From IMG/VR virus record IMGVR_UViG_3300003316_000301, positions 64,001 through 128,000 of that record: 64,000 nucleotides of DNA; one strand, given 5' to 3'. The number at the start of each line of letters is the position of its first letter. Position 1 is the first letter of the stretch. This DNA comes from a virus (Duplodnaviria > Caudoviricetes). Positions 53,909-63,039 of the stretch are shown in pieces. A program made the position numbers and the translations under genes. A model generated the notes under the pieces. The model searched no databases. It saw only the letters and a program-made list of their open reading frames with translations, and was not told where the DNA came from.

Positions 53909-54862
53909 CTACGACCGGGTGATCCGCGCCTTCATGGCGGCCAGGGCGTCCGCGTTGGGCGTCGCCGGGGCGCTGCCCGAGGGGGTGCCGCCGGAGCCGC
54001 CCGAGGACTTGCCCGAACCCTTCGCGGCCGGGACCAGCTCGCCGGTCTCGCGGCGGACGTCCACCGAGGCGAAGCCGTCCTCCTCCAGGAAGAACTTCTT
54101 GTAGTAGTCGTCGGTGGTCTTCGAGTAGATCATCGTCGCCAGCTTGATGCCGAACGCGTCCACCGCGAGCTGGTAGAACTCCCAGTGGTCGGTGCCCGGG
54201 AGGATGTCGGGGTCCTTGTCCAGCGGGAAGACCTGGTAGATCGTGCCGGTGCCCGAGGGGTTCTTGACGCGCTTGATGCGGTAGTCCCGGTCCATCAGCG
54301 TGTCGTACGACTCGCCGCAGGACTTCAGCGAGTTCATGAGCATGTACATCGTGTTCGAGACGATCACGATGGACGGGACGGAGACCTTCTCCTCGGTCGG
54401 CTTGCCGTCCTCGCCGAGGACCGGGATCTCGACCATCTTGTCCCGGTAGGCCTTGCGGCCGGTCGTCTCGTCCTTGTACGCCTCGCGCTCGACCGCCAGG
54501 GTGTAGCGCAGGTCGTCGCCCTTGTTCTCCTTGCCGTACTTGTTCTTGTACCCGGACTGGCACAGCGGGCAGCCCTCGGGGTACAGGTGCGCGAACGCGG
54601 GCTCCTGGCGGCAGGTGGCGGGCATCGCCGACGGCCACTTGCCCTCGTAGTCGGCGGGCTCGGCCTTGGTCGGGAAGAAGCGGTGGGTGCGGGCGCGGTA
54701 CCAGTCGGCGGACTCGCTCAGAAAGCGGAGGATCGCCTCCTCGCCCTCCTTGAGGTCCCAGTGCGGCTCCTTGCGGAAGCCGCCTCCGGCACCACGGTTC
54801 TCGTCCTCGTCGTCGCCACGGCGCAGTGCGGCCTCGGGGTCGAAGTCGGGCGCGATCGTCAT
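53909..54862 (-). CDS. gp32-like single-stranded DNA-binding protein
   Basis: LKEGEEAILRFL, H..C..CPLC, DRDYRIKR..GT.YQ; adjacent to dnaE. Confidence 0.65.
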   Translation of the reverse strand: MTIAPDFDPEAALRRGDDEDENRGAGGGFRKEPHWDLKEGEEAILRFLSESADWYRARTHRFFPTKAEPADYEGKWPSAMPATCRQEPAFAHLYPEGCPLCQSGYKNKYGKENKGDDLRYTLAVEREAYKDETTGRKAYRDKMVEIPVLGEDGKPTEEKVSVPSIVIVSNTMYMLMNSLKSCGESYDTLMDRDYRIKRVKNPSGTGTIYQVFPLDKDPDILPGTDHWEFYQLAVDAFGIKLATMIYSKTTDDYYKKFFLEEDGFASVDVRRETGELVPAAKGSGKSSGGSGGTPSGSAPATPNADALAAMKARITRS

Positions 54863-54889
54863 GTGGTCTCCTCGTGAGACAGGGAATGA

Positions 54890-55735
54890 TCAGGAACTGA
54901 GGGAACTGAGGAACTCGGTGAACGCCTGGCGGGCGATCTCCGAACTGGGCTCGATCTCCGTGGAGAAGAACAGCACCGGCCTCTCGCGGACGTAGTCCAT
55001 CATGAACGGCTGGTCTGACACCGACGTCACGCCGATGCCCATCTCCGGGTACGAGCCCTGTCGTGCGGCTTCGACCGCCAGGAGGCTCTGCCACTGCCGG
55101 AGGGTGTCCTCGTCCTGGACGAAGCTCTTGGTCCTCCAGGCGTAGTAGCTGTAGTCCCAGCTCTCTGCCTTTCGACGCCTCTGATCTTGCCGGAAGGCCT
55201 TGACGCTGTCAACCTCTTCTTCGTCGAGACTGACGTACCCCCAGTCTTCCAGCACATCGTCCGAGGTCACGGGCTGTCCGAGGCGCTGAGAGCGCTCGGC
55301 GGCCTCCCGGTGAGCCCGGCGCTTGAGGTCCTCCTCGGTGTAGTCGTCGAGGAAGACCTCACCCTTCTTGGTGCGGTCGTACGCCTCCCGGGTGACCGGG
55401 TCCAGGAGCTGCTTGAAGACGTACGTGAGCCGGGTGGAGGACTGGCCGTCCAGGGCCACATAGGCCTCCCGCAGCTCCTTCTTGGTGGCCCGCCAGTCCA
55501 CCCCCAGCTCCCGGTAGTAGCCGTTCACGTCGTGGCAGACGCGCTCGACCGGCACCAGGGACATGGAGGTAGACCAGCGGTCCGGACCCCAGCCCAGACG
55601 GGCGGGGCGCTCGTAGCAGAGCACCTCGCCCGCGTCCTGCCCCTTGCGCATGGCCTCCACGGTCTCGGCCGTCGGCAGCACCTCGGCGTACTGGCCGAGG
55701 ATGCCCGCCAGGTCCAGGTCGGGTCGGGCGCCCAT
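54890..55735 (-). CDS. J-domain-like protein lacking HPD
   Basis: NGYYRELGV..ATKKELREAY..L.DPVTREAYD. Confidence 0.65.
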   Translation of the reverse strand: MGARPDLDLAGILGQYAEVLPTAETVEAMRKGQDAGEVLCYERPARLGWGPDRWSTSMSLVPVERVCHDVNGYYRELGVDWRATKKELREAYVALDGQSSTRLTYVFKQLLDPVTREAYDRTKKGEVFLDDYTEEDLKRRAHREAAERSQRLGQPVTSDDVLEDWGYVSLDEEEVDSVKAFRQDQRRRKAESWDYSYYAWRTKSFVQDEDTLRQWQSLLAVEAARQGSYPEMGIGVTSVSDQPFMMDYVRERPVLFFSTEIEPSSEIARQAFTEFLSSLSS

Positions 55736-55875
55736 CAGTCCTCCGTGGGTTCCTCGCCCTCCCGCTCGATGTCCCGGACGTCCTGCCGGGTGAGCGGGGT
55801 GGCTGACGCGATCTTGCGGACGGTCTCGCCGTCCTCAGTGATGACCTGGCCGGTGCCGGTCTTCTGAAGGGCCAC
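55735..55875 (-). CDS. Small protein (46 aa)
   Basis: Not in ORF track; TAGGAGG SD; MALQKTGTGQVITEDGETVRKIAS...; TGATG overlap. Confidence 0.6.
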   Translation of the reverse strand: MALQKTGTGQVITEDGETVRKIASATPLTRQDVRDIEREGEEPTED

Positions 55876-55884
55876 AGGGGCCTC

Positions 55885-57048
55885 CTAGGGGTTGCAGGGG
55901 CCCTCATGGGCCCGGTTCTTGCACCGATAGCAGTACAGGGTCTCAGGGCGCCTCCAGATGCCCCAGGGGACCGCTGCGGCCTTCAGGGCCACCGCTTCCT
56001 CTGCGGGCAGCTCCTGAGCGTCCTGGGACCACGGTGAGTCCACGACGAGGACCTCGGTGTAGTGGGCGAGCTGCTCGGCCAGTCCCGGCTCCGCCTCACG
56101 GCCCTCAGGACGCTCCCTGGTCGGCCGCTCCTCGGGCCTGCCCTCCACGGCCTTCCATCCGGCGTCGTCGTTGTCCATCCACAGGATCACGCGCTCGTGC
56201 TTCACGAGACGGCGGACCTGCATCTCGGTGAACTTGGCCCCGAACAGGGCCTCCGAGTGGAAGTGTTCCTCGTGGGTGATCGCCGACAGCATGGCCTCCA
56301 TGACCACGGCCTCCGGGGCACGGGGGTCGTAGTTGAAGACCGTGGACTCCTTGGGGAAGTCCGCGCTGGAGAAGTACTTGGGCGACCTCGGGTTGCCGGA
56401 GTGGATGTCCACCGCCTCCTCCCCGTCCTTGCGGGGCGGCCGGGGAACCCACTCCTCGGAGCGCCACTCGGGCGGCAGCTTGCGGGACTGCCAGCCGACC
56501 AGGGTCCCCTGCCAGAAGTGCGGGATCACCACCCGGTCCCACATGGGATCCCAGCCGAGCTGGAAGCGGCGGTACAGCTCCGGGGAGATCCCCCGCTCCT
56601 CAATGAGGTACGGGTGGTCGAAGGCCCAGCTCTGGAGGATCCGCTCGGAGTACCGGGGGATCGGCTGGGTCTCCGCCTTGGCGTAGACGGCGTCCAGGAA
56701 GCGGAGCATGGCGTCCAGCTCCAGGACCTGGCCACCGAGCCCGGCGGTCTCCTCCAGCCACCCACGGGCCTCCTGGGAAGTCCCTCCCCGGCAGGTGGCG
56801 ATGAACCACAGCAGACCGCCGGATGACCCACAACCCAGGCAATTGTAGGTGAGCTTCTTGTAGTTGAGCGACGCGGTGGGGTTCTTCTGCTGGTCCCGGT
56901 GCAGGCCAGGAGAGACCAGACAGGCGTGGACCATCTCGCCGGTCTTGTCGTTCACCCGGACGGAGGACACCCCGAACTCGGAGAGCAGCTCCTCGCACAG
57001 GGCCTTCTTCGAGGGGTCCGGCAGCATGGCGGCTTCGAAGTAGCTCAT
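55885..57048 (-). CDS. DnaG-like DNA primase
   Basis: Zn finger C..H.D..P..S..YNCLGCG..GG; RVVIP; TOPRIM VME..WMDNDDAG. Confidence 0.85.
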   Translation of the reverse strand: MSYFEAAMLPDPSKKALCEELLSEFGVSSVRVNDKTGEMVHACLVSPGLHRDQQKNPTASLNYKKLTYNCLGCGSSGGLLWFIATCRGGTSQEARGWLEETAGLGGQVLELDAMLRFLDAVYAKAETQPIPRYSERILQSWAFDHPYLIEERGISPELYRRFQLGWDPMWDRVVIPHFWQGTLVGWQSRKLPPEWRSEEWVPRPPRKDGEEAVDIHSGNPRSPKYFSSADFPKESTVFNYDPRAPEAVVMEAMLSAITHEEHFHSEALFGAKFTEMQVRRLVKHERVILWMDNDDAGWKAVEGRPEERPTRERPEGREAEPGLAEQLAHYTEVLVVDSPWSQDAQELPAEEAVALKAAAVPWGIWRRPETLYCYRCKNRAHEGPCNP

Positions 57049-57464
57049 GCCGCGTCTGCCGTCTTCGTCGGGTAGCCGTAGCCGCAGCGCAAGCACCGCT
57101 GGCACAGGTGCTGGGTCGTGTGCTCGGAGAGGATCCCGGCCAGCACCCAGGCCCCGCAGGGGAAGTCCTGGCCCTCCCCCACGGTGATCACCACACGGGC
57201 GTGGTAGATCACCTGCATCTGGCTGAACCCGCACTTCGGGCAGGCCCGGTCCTCGTCGTGGAGGTCGTAGTCCCTCAGGCCCATGTCGGCCGGGGAGAGG
57301 ATCTCCCCCTCCTGGGGCTCACCGGCGCACTCCTGCTCGGCCCGCTCGTCGTCCGAAGGGACTTCACAGCGGACGCAGCGCAGGTGGTCCACCTGGCCCT
57401 CGGGGCCCTGGCGCTCCTCGTCGGCCTCCCACTGGTGGCCGTACTCGTCCTGGTTGCTGGTCAT
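57045..57464 (-). CDS. Zn-finger protein
   Basis: CVRC, CPKCG, CLRCGY. Confidence 0.7.
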   Translation of the reverse strand: MTSNQDEYGHQWEADEERQGPEGQVDHLRCVRCEVPSDDERAEQECAGEPQEGEILSPADMGLRDYDLHDEDRACPKCGFSQMQVIYHARVVITVGEGQDFPCGAWVLAGILSEHTTQHLCQRCLRCGYGYPTKTADAA

Positions 57465-58774
57465 CCGCGCGGCTCCGTGATCTCCTCCAGGGCGTCGATC
57501 TGGCCGAGGTAGGGCCTCCAGACACCGATGCGCCAGTTCTTGTTCTCCGACCCCCGGCGGGTGGCCATGGTCTGCCACTTCACCATCTGGGCCGCCCGCT
57601 CGTCGGGGCTCATGTACAGGCCGAAGGCCCAGTCACAGGTGCGCTCGACCTCGGAGCCCTCGGCGAGCATGTACATCTCCAGCCAGCCGTTCTTCTTGGC
57701 CTCGCGCATGCCCTCACGGTTGATCTGGTGAGCCAGCAGGCAGGGGATGGGGAGGTTCCCTCCGATGGCGTCCTTCAGGTCGTGCATGACGTCCTTGATC
57801 AGCTCCGGTCCCCGGAACCGCCGGTCGCTCGGCTCCATGAACGTGAGCTGATCGATCAGGAGAGACTCGGTCCCCACCGCGCGGGCGTGCCGGGTGATCC
57901 ACTGGACCGTGCGCTCCCCGCGCTGCGGCTGGACGACCCGGATGTACTCCTTCAAGTCGTCACCGAACTCGTCCAGGAACGCCCGGATGCGGGCCACCTC
58001 GTCCTCCATGCACTCGCCACGGCGGTAACGGTCGTGGTCGATGCCCAGGTGGATGCAGACGAGCCGGTCGTAGGTCATCTCGACCGAGTTCTCCAGGGTG
58101 TAGTACGTCGTGCGCCGACGCTTCCTCCACTCCTTGAGCAAGATGTACGCGAGCGTCACGGACTTGCCCGTCTTGGGCCCGGCCGCGAGGACGGCCAGCT
58201 CTCCCCCGTGAATGCCGTAGGTGTAGTCGTCGATCTCGGGGATCCCGAACGCCATGCCCTGGTGCTGCATGGCGGTCTCCGCGCGTCGCTCGTACAGGGC
58301 GAACGAGCGCTGGAAGCCCTCGATCCCCTCCACCTCCAGGGTCTTGTCCCGCAGGCCCAGGTACAGGGCGTTGATGGCCTGGATCTGCTCGCCCATGGTC
58401 ACGAGCTTCTCGGCCGAGGAGACGGCCGACATGGCGGAGGCGGCCTCCTTCTGCCAGGTCTGGAAGAGGTAGTCAGCCCGGCGGGCCTTGAGGACTCCGA
58501 TGGCCCAGGTGACGTCGTCCAGTTGGACGTCCGCCTCCTCGATCACCACCTCGGAGTCCTCGATCGTGTCGCGCCAGGTCTCCATCAGGGCGGCCCGCGA
58601 GGGCGCCTTGGTCATGCCGTTCTTGTCGAAGTAGTCGATGGCCCAGGCGACCACCTTGCGCATGGCCTGGGTGGGGATGCAGTCCTCCGGCAGGCCGACC
58701 CTGACGATCTGCTCCAGGGCCTCCGCGTCCGTGAGGGAGGAATAGACCACGTCCTCGGCGTGGGAGGTCGTCAT
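57461..58774 (-). CDS. dnaB: DnaB-like replicative helicase
   Basis: GELAVLAAGPKTGKS, TLEN, LIDQL, AHQINRE. Confidence 0.9.
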   Translation of the reverse strand: MTTSHAEDVVYSSLTDAEALEQIVRVGLPEDCIPTQAMRKVVAWAIDYFDKNGMTKAPSRAALMETWRDTIEDSEVVIEEADVQLDDVTWAIGVLKARRADYLFQTWQKEAASAMSAVSSAEKLVTMGEQIQAINALYLGLRDKTLEVEGIEGFQRSFALYERRAETAMQHQGMAFGIPEIDDYTYGIHGGELAVLAAGPKTGKSVTLAYILLKEWRKRRRTTYYTLENSVEMTYDRLVCIHLGIDHDRYRRGECMEDEVARIRAFLDEFGDDLKEYIRVVQPQRGERTVQWITRHARAVGTESLLIDQLTFMEPSDRRFRGPELIKDVMHDLKDAIGGNLPIPCLLAHQINREGMREAKKNGWLEMYMLAEGSEVERTCDWAFGLYMSPDERAAQMVKWQTMATRRGSENKNWRIGVWRPYLGQIDALEEITEPRG

Positions 58775-59619
58775 GCGATCACCAGGGGACGCATCAGCCG
58801 GTCGGCCATCTCCTGGTGCATGCGCTCCTGGGCCCGGGGGCGCCAGTCCACTCCGGAGGTCTCCACGAAGATCGCGGTCTCCGAGAGCAGGGACGCCACG
58901 TACTGGTTGTAGCCCCCGCGCACCTGGTCCGGCGTGAGGTTGGTGGTGATCAGGGTCGGCAGGCTCGCGGCCGTCCGGTGGCGGATAACGCGGTCCAGAA
59001 GCCGGTCGATGAAGTCGACGTGGTTCTGGCCGGTCTCCTTGCCGAGGTCGTCGATGCACAGCACGCCGCAGTTCATGATCCGGCGCTCGAAGTAGTCCTT
59101 CTCGGCCTTCTCCCGCCACCCGGAGGTGTACAGCTCCACGATCGTGTTCATCTGGGCCACGAAGACGTCGTGACCCAGCTTCAGGAGCTTCTTGGCGGCC
59201 AGCATGAGCATCAGGGTCTTGCCGGTACCGGCGTCCGGGGAGTGCAGGATCAGGTTGACCCCGCGCTCCACGTACAGGTCGGCCGCGTCCAGGTAGCGCA
59301 GGATCTCCATCTGGGTCGCCTCCGGCACGTCGGAGGCGTCGGCCCAGCCCAGGCGCTGGTAGTTCTTGCCGATCCCGTGGATCAGCAGGAAACGGTGCAG
59401 GATCCACTGGGCGGTGCAGTTGCACTCCCAGGTGATGATCTCGGTGCGGTCATTGTTCCACCAGCGGAAGGTCTTCTCGCCGGTCTTGTGGAAGAGGCAG
59501 GTGATGCAGGACTTCTGGGGCGTGGCCCACAGGTCGGGGTACTGGTGGCGGAGCCGGTCCGAATCCGGCTCCTCCAGCATCCAGGTCAGGGGCACGTGGG
59601 GCAATCGGGGCAAGGCCAC
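58771..59619 (-). CDS. DnaC/IstB-like helicase loader ATPase
   Basis: AGTGKT, LCIDDLGKE, PTLITTNL; start uncertain. Confidence 0.85.
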   Translation of the reverse strand: MALPRLPHVPLTWMLEEPDSDRLRHQYPDLWATPQKSCITCLFHKTGEKTFRWWNNDRTEIITWECNCTAQWILHRFLLIHGIGKNYQRLGWADASDVPEATQMEILRYLDAADLYVERGVNLILHSPDAGTGKTLMLMLAAKKLLKLGHDVFVAQMNTIVELYTSGWREKAEKDYFERRIMNCGVLCIDDLGKETGQNHVDFIDRLLDRVIRHRTAASLPTLITTNLTPDQVRGGYNQYVASLLSETAIFVETSGVDWRPRAQERMHQEMADRLMRPLVIA

Positions 59620-59660
59620 TCCTTGGGATCTCTTAGCGTCCGTGGCGGGTCGGACGGTGC

Positions 59661-60059
59661 TCAGGTGAGGCGGGCCTTGATCGGGTCGGCGAAGTAGGGG
59701 TCCGAGGCCTTGCAGAAGCGGTTCGCCGCGATGGGGGCCCGCTGCCACATGCCGCGCTGGACCTCGAAGGCGAACCGGGCGATCTTGATGGCGTCCTCGC
59801 CGTGGCGGGCCAGGAAGGCCTTGAAGATCGAGGACTCCTTCATGGCGTTGCGGACCTGGGGTCCGTGGTACTGCTCGATCTGCCCCATCACGTAGTCGCG
59901 CAGGTCCTCCCAGGTCCACTGGGAGTCCTCCTTCAGGAGGTATGAGGCCCCTGCGACGGCCGTGACGCTCACGCGCTCAGTGACCACGGGGACGGTCTCG
60001 GTCTGCGTGGTCTGGCGGGACAGAAGACGGCGGAAGGCCTCCTGCTGTGCGTTGCTCAT
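59661..60059 (-). CDS. Hypothetical protein (possible initiator-associated)
   Basis: WTWEDLRDYV..; directly upstream of the loader. Confidence 0.7.
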   Translation of the reverse strand: MSNAQQEAFRRLLSRQTTQTETVPVVTERVSVTAVAGASYLLKEDSQWTWEDLRDYVMGQIEQYHGPQVRNAMKESSIFKAFLARHGEDAIKIARFAFEVQRGMWQRAPIAANRFCKASDPYFADPIKARLT

Positions 60060-60415
60060 GCTCGCTTCACTGCTCCCTCTTTGGACGGTCCGTAGAAGGT
60101 CTTCCCGCACCACTCCCAGAAGGACGAGCCGATGTCGGTGACCGCAGTGCGGTCCTCCTCGGTCTCGCCGCTCAGGAGGTCGGAGGTGAAGACCACCACA
60201 GGACAGCTCTTGTGCACCAGGGCCGTATAGACCCCGTGAACCGGGTGGATGGAGGCCACGAACCAGTGGAAGTCGTCGGACCCGACGACGTACCCGGAAA
60301 GATCGAACACGCCGGTATGAAAAGCGATCTTGCGGCCGTCACACGCTGCCCGGCCGATCTGCTTGGTGGACATCGCAGCACCCTGACGGGTTGGCTGCTT
60401 CTTGGCGTCGTCCAC
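60056..60415 (-). CDS. Hypothetical protein
   Basis: GGAGG SD. Confidence 0.65.
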   Translation of the reverse strand: MDDAKKQPTRQGAAMSTKQIGRAACDGRKIAFHTGVFDLSGYVVGSDDFHWFVASIHPVHGVYTALVHKSCPVVVFTSDLLSGETEEDRTAVTDIGSSFWEWCGKTFYGPSKEGAVKRA

Positions 60416-60576
60416 TGGGCCCCTCCCGATTTTAAAATCCCGCCCCCGGCCTGCGGTCGGAGCAGACGGGGGCGGGTCGCATTATGCGCCGCTCGCCTTC
60501 TCGTCTGGCGGACCGAGGAGGGGGTGGGACAGTTCCTGATCGTATCAAGCGGTGGTCAAGTAAAACAGGGTCCGGC

Positions 60577-61443
60577 CTACTCCTGATCTTGCATCCACAG
60601 GGTGCCGGTGAGGGTCCTCGCCAGGAGCTGCTTCAGTTCGTAGCGCTCCAGGAACTCGATCAGCCCGTCGTAGGTGGAGCTGTCCCGGCTGGTCGGATGG
60701 AACCTCGGCGGGGGCGGTACCTCCAGTCCCGGCAGGGGGAGCCGGAGGTTCACCAGGACCCGGCTCAGACGGGCCTGAGGGAGGTTCTCCCGGACTTTCG
60801 GGTCCTCGATGGACTCCAGGTCCCCTCGGGCCTCCCGGACGAGCTGTGTGGCCTTCACAGGGCCGATGCCGGGGACGCCGGGGATGTTGTCCGACGTGTC
60901 GCCGACGAGGGCCATCCAGGTGGGCAGCCACTCCGGCGGGATCCCGTACTTGTCCTGGACGGTGAACCGGTTCCAGCGTTCGCCGGTGGAACGCAGGACC
61001 TCGCAGTCGTAGCCGTTGGGGTTCCACACGGCGAGCTGGAGGAAGTCCTTGTCCTCGGAGACGAGGACGATCTTCTCCTCGGCGTCGTGCCAGTACTTGG
61101 CGATCAGGTCGTCCGCCTCCACGCCGGGGCGCTCGGTGTGGAACACCCCGGCCAGCGAGAGGAACTCCTTCACGAGAAACCGCTCCCGGCTGGAGCGCAT
61201 GGAGGTGGCCGTCCGACGGTGGGCCTTGTAGGTCGGCAGGAGGTTCGAGCGGTAGTGCGACCCTCCCCCGTCCCAGCAGACCGCGACCCGGTCCGGCTGC
61301 TCCTCGCGGATGTGCCGCAGCAGGATGTTCGTGAAGACCACCAGGGCCGCCGTGGACTCCCCGTCGGCCGTCATCGCCTCGGTGCGGGTGGCGTGCCACG
61401 CCCTCGCGAAGAGGTTGTTGGCGTCCACGAGGAGCAGGGTCAC
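60577..61443 (-). CDS. 5'-3' exonuclease/flap endonuclease (PolI N-terminal domain-like)
   Basis: LLVDANNL..R, WD, YKAHR, GVEADDLI, SEDKDFLQL, GDTSDNIPGVPGIG. Confidence 0.92.
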   Translation of the reverse strand: MTLLLVDANNLFARAWHATRTEAMTADGESTAALVVFTNILLRHIREEQPDRVAVCWDGGGSHYRSNLLPTYKAHRRTATSMRSSRERFLVKEFLSLAGVFHTERPGVEADDLIAKYWHDAEEKIVLVSEDKDFLQLAVWNPNGYDCEVLRSTGERWNRFTVQDKYGIPPEWLPTWMALVGDTSDNIPGVPGIGPVKATQLVREARGDLESIEDPKVRENLPQARLSRVLVNLRLPLPGLEVPPPPRFHPTSRDSSTYDGLIEFLERYELKQLLARTLTGTLWMQDQE

Positions 61444-62489
61444 TCTCCGGCCTCCAGGGCGAAGTCCCGCTCGATCGCGTCCGAGTAGCCCGAGAAGGTC
61501 TTGCCGGACCAGGTGAGGGTGAAGCCCTTGCCGGAGTACTCCTTGCCGTCCAGCTCCATGTCGAGGTCCTTGCCGACCTCCAGGACCGCGATCGAGGCCG
61601 TCTTCATACCGGTGCCGCCGGAGTGCCGGGAGGCCTCCGGGTCGCAGTCGAGCGCCTTCACGTACGTGCCGTTGGGCAGGTACTGGTCGTAGGGCCAGTG
61701 GAGGTGGCCGTGGCACAGGAGCTTGGGCTTCTTGGCGTCCACCACCTCCTGGATCGCCTCCTGGTTCGGCCAGCAGTCCACGAGGTCCTTGCGGTTCCAG
61801 TCTGGCGAGGACAGGCGCGGCTTGTCGTGGGTGAGCAGGATGTCGACCTCGCCCTCCCGCAGCGCGTAGTCCAGCTCCTCCTGGGAGATCTCCTCCTGGG
61901 ACCACCACTGGAGCTGGCCGGTGTGCAGGATGTAGCGGTCGTTTCGGCTGAGCGTGCGGCCCGCATCCTGGCGCATCTGGGCCTTCATGAGCAGCGCGCG
62001 GTCCTGGTGGACCCTCGGCGCCTTGTCGACGCTGTACGCGCCTCCCAGGGACATGAACCGGACCCCGTTCCAGGTCCACCGGTGGCCCCTCGGGGAGTAG
62101 AACAGCCACGGCTTGACCTCGAAGAAGCCGTCGGCCGTACGGGGCTTCTCGGCCTCCCACTGGAACAGCAGGTCGTAGTTCTCGTGGTTGCCGGGCAGGA
62201 AGCACACCGGAACGTTCATGCGCTGGGCCCACTTCGAGACCCCGCTGGTGAAGGCGCCGTTGTCGAGGTGGTCCCAGACGCCGAAGTCGCCGAGGACGAA
62301 CACGGCGTCGCACCCGTTCTTCTTGGCGTGCTGGAGCAGCCACCGGACGTGGTTCTCGTCCCCATGCGTGTCACCGGAGAGCAAGATGCGCGAGGGCTCG
62401 AAGTCCTCGAAGAGCTTGTGCGCCTGGTCGGCGGCAGCGGCCTTGCGCGGGGGCTTGGCGTACTTCTGGATCCTGGCGGGATTCGTCAC
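61440..62489 (-). CDS. Calcineurin-like metallophosphoesterase
   Basis: GDTHG, LGDFG, PGNHE, GGAYSVD, LTHD, HGHLH. Confidence 0.9.
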   Translation of the reverse strand: MTNPARIQKYAKPPRKAAAADQAHKLFEDFEPSRILLSGDTHGDENHVRWLLQHAKKNGCDAVFVLGDFGVWDHLDNGAFTSGVSKWAQRMNVPVCFLPGNHENYDLLFQWEAEKPRTADGFFEVKPWLFYSPRGHRWTWNGVRFMSLGGAYSVDKAPRVHQDRALLMKAQMRQDAGRTLSRNDRYILHTGQLQWWSQEEISQEELDYALREGEVDILLTHDKPRLSSPDWNRKDLVDCWPNQEAIQEVVDAKKPKLLCHGHLHWPYDQYLPNGTYVKALDCDPEASRHSGGTGMKTASIAVLEVGKDLDMELDGKEYSGKGFTLTWSGKTFSGYSDAIERDFALEAGE

Positions 62490-62974
62490 GGAACGGGCTC
62501 CTCGATCACTCGGTGCAGGACAGCCTGGAGCAGGACGAGCTGGAGAACGATCGAGAACTTCGCCCCGTCGATCGCCCCGTTCTCCACGAGGGCGTGGGCC
62601 ATGCGCTCGATGTCGGCCAGCGTGTAGTAGCGGTTGCCGGTCTCCGTGCGCTTGGGCTCCAGGACCACGTCGTCCAGGACGAAGTAGCCCTGCGGGTAGT
62701 GGTTGGCCGGACGGTACCTCCAGCGGAGCCAGTCCGGCCCCTTGCCGAAGAACAGCTTGGCCGTCTCCTGGACGGTGTACGCGGGCAGCGGCTGGCCGCT
62801 GTCGTTGAGGGTGAACATGTGGTCCCACATGAAGAACTCCCGGTCGCTCTCGGGGTCCTTGCGGGCCTGGATGTCGTACTTCACGGTCAGCTCGGAGAAC
62901 GGCACCACGGCGAGGCCCTCAGCGGCCTCGTGGACGTCCTCCGAGCCGCCGTGCGGGTCCTGGGTCTCTGTCAT
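62486..62974 (-). CDS. MerR-like winged-HTH DNA-binding protein
   Basis: YTVQETAKLFFGKGPDWLRW..RTETGNRYYTLADIERM. Confidence 0.75.
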   Translation of the reverse strand: MTETQDPHGGSEDVHEAAEGLAVVPFSELTVKYDIQARKDPESDREFFMWDHMFTLNDSGQPLPAYTVQETAKLFFGKGPDWLRWRYRPANHYPQGYFVLDDVVLEPKRTETGNRYYTLADIERMAHALVENGAIDGAKFSIVLQLVLLQAVLHRVIEEPVP

Positions 62975-63039
62975 GGGTTTCCTCCTACAGCGGGGCCGGG
63001 GAAGCCCGTGGAGGGCGTCCCCGGCCGGGGGTGTCCGGG

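Noticed and set aside
32023-53922. Very long plus-strand ORFs (975, 1416, 837 and 1276 aa)
   Set aside because: Antisense shadows of high-GC minus-strand genes; no SD, no motifs, low-information V/L/G/A-rich translations
39287-58774. Inteins or introns in terL, recA, dnaE or dnaB
   Set aside because: Motif spacing is normal; no intein termini or LAGLIDADG blocks seen
58771-59619. IS21 element (IstB-like ATPase)
   Set aside because: No IstA transposase or terminal repeats; coupled to DnaB, so a helicase loader is more likely
60416-60576. Replication origin upstream of the loader operon
   Set aside because: Has one TTTTAAAA site and a hairpin but no iterons or extended AT-rich tract
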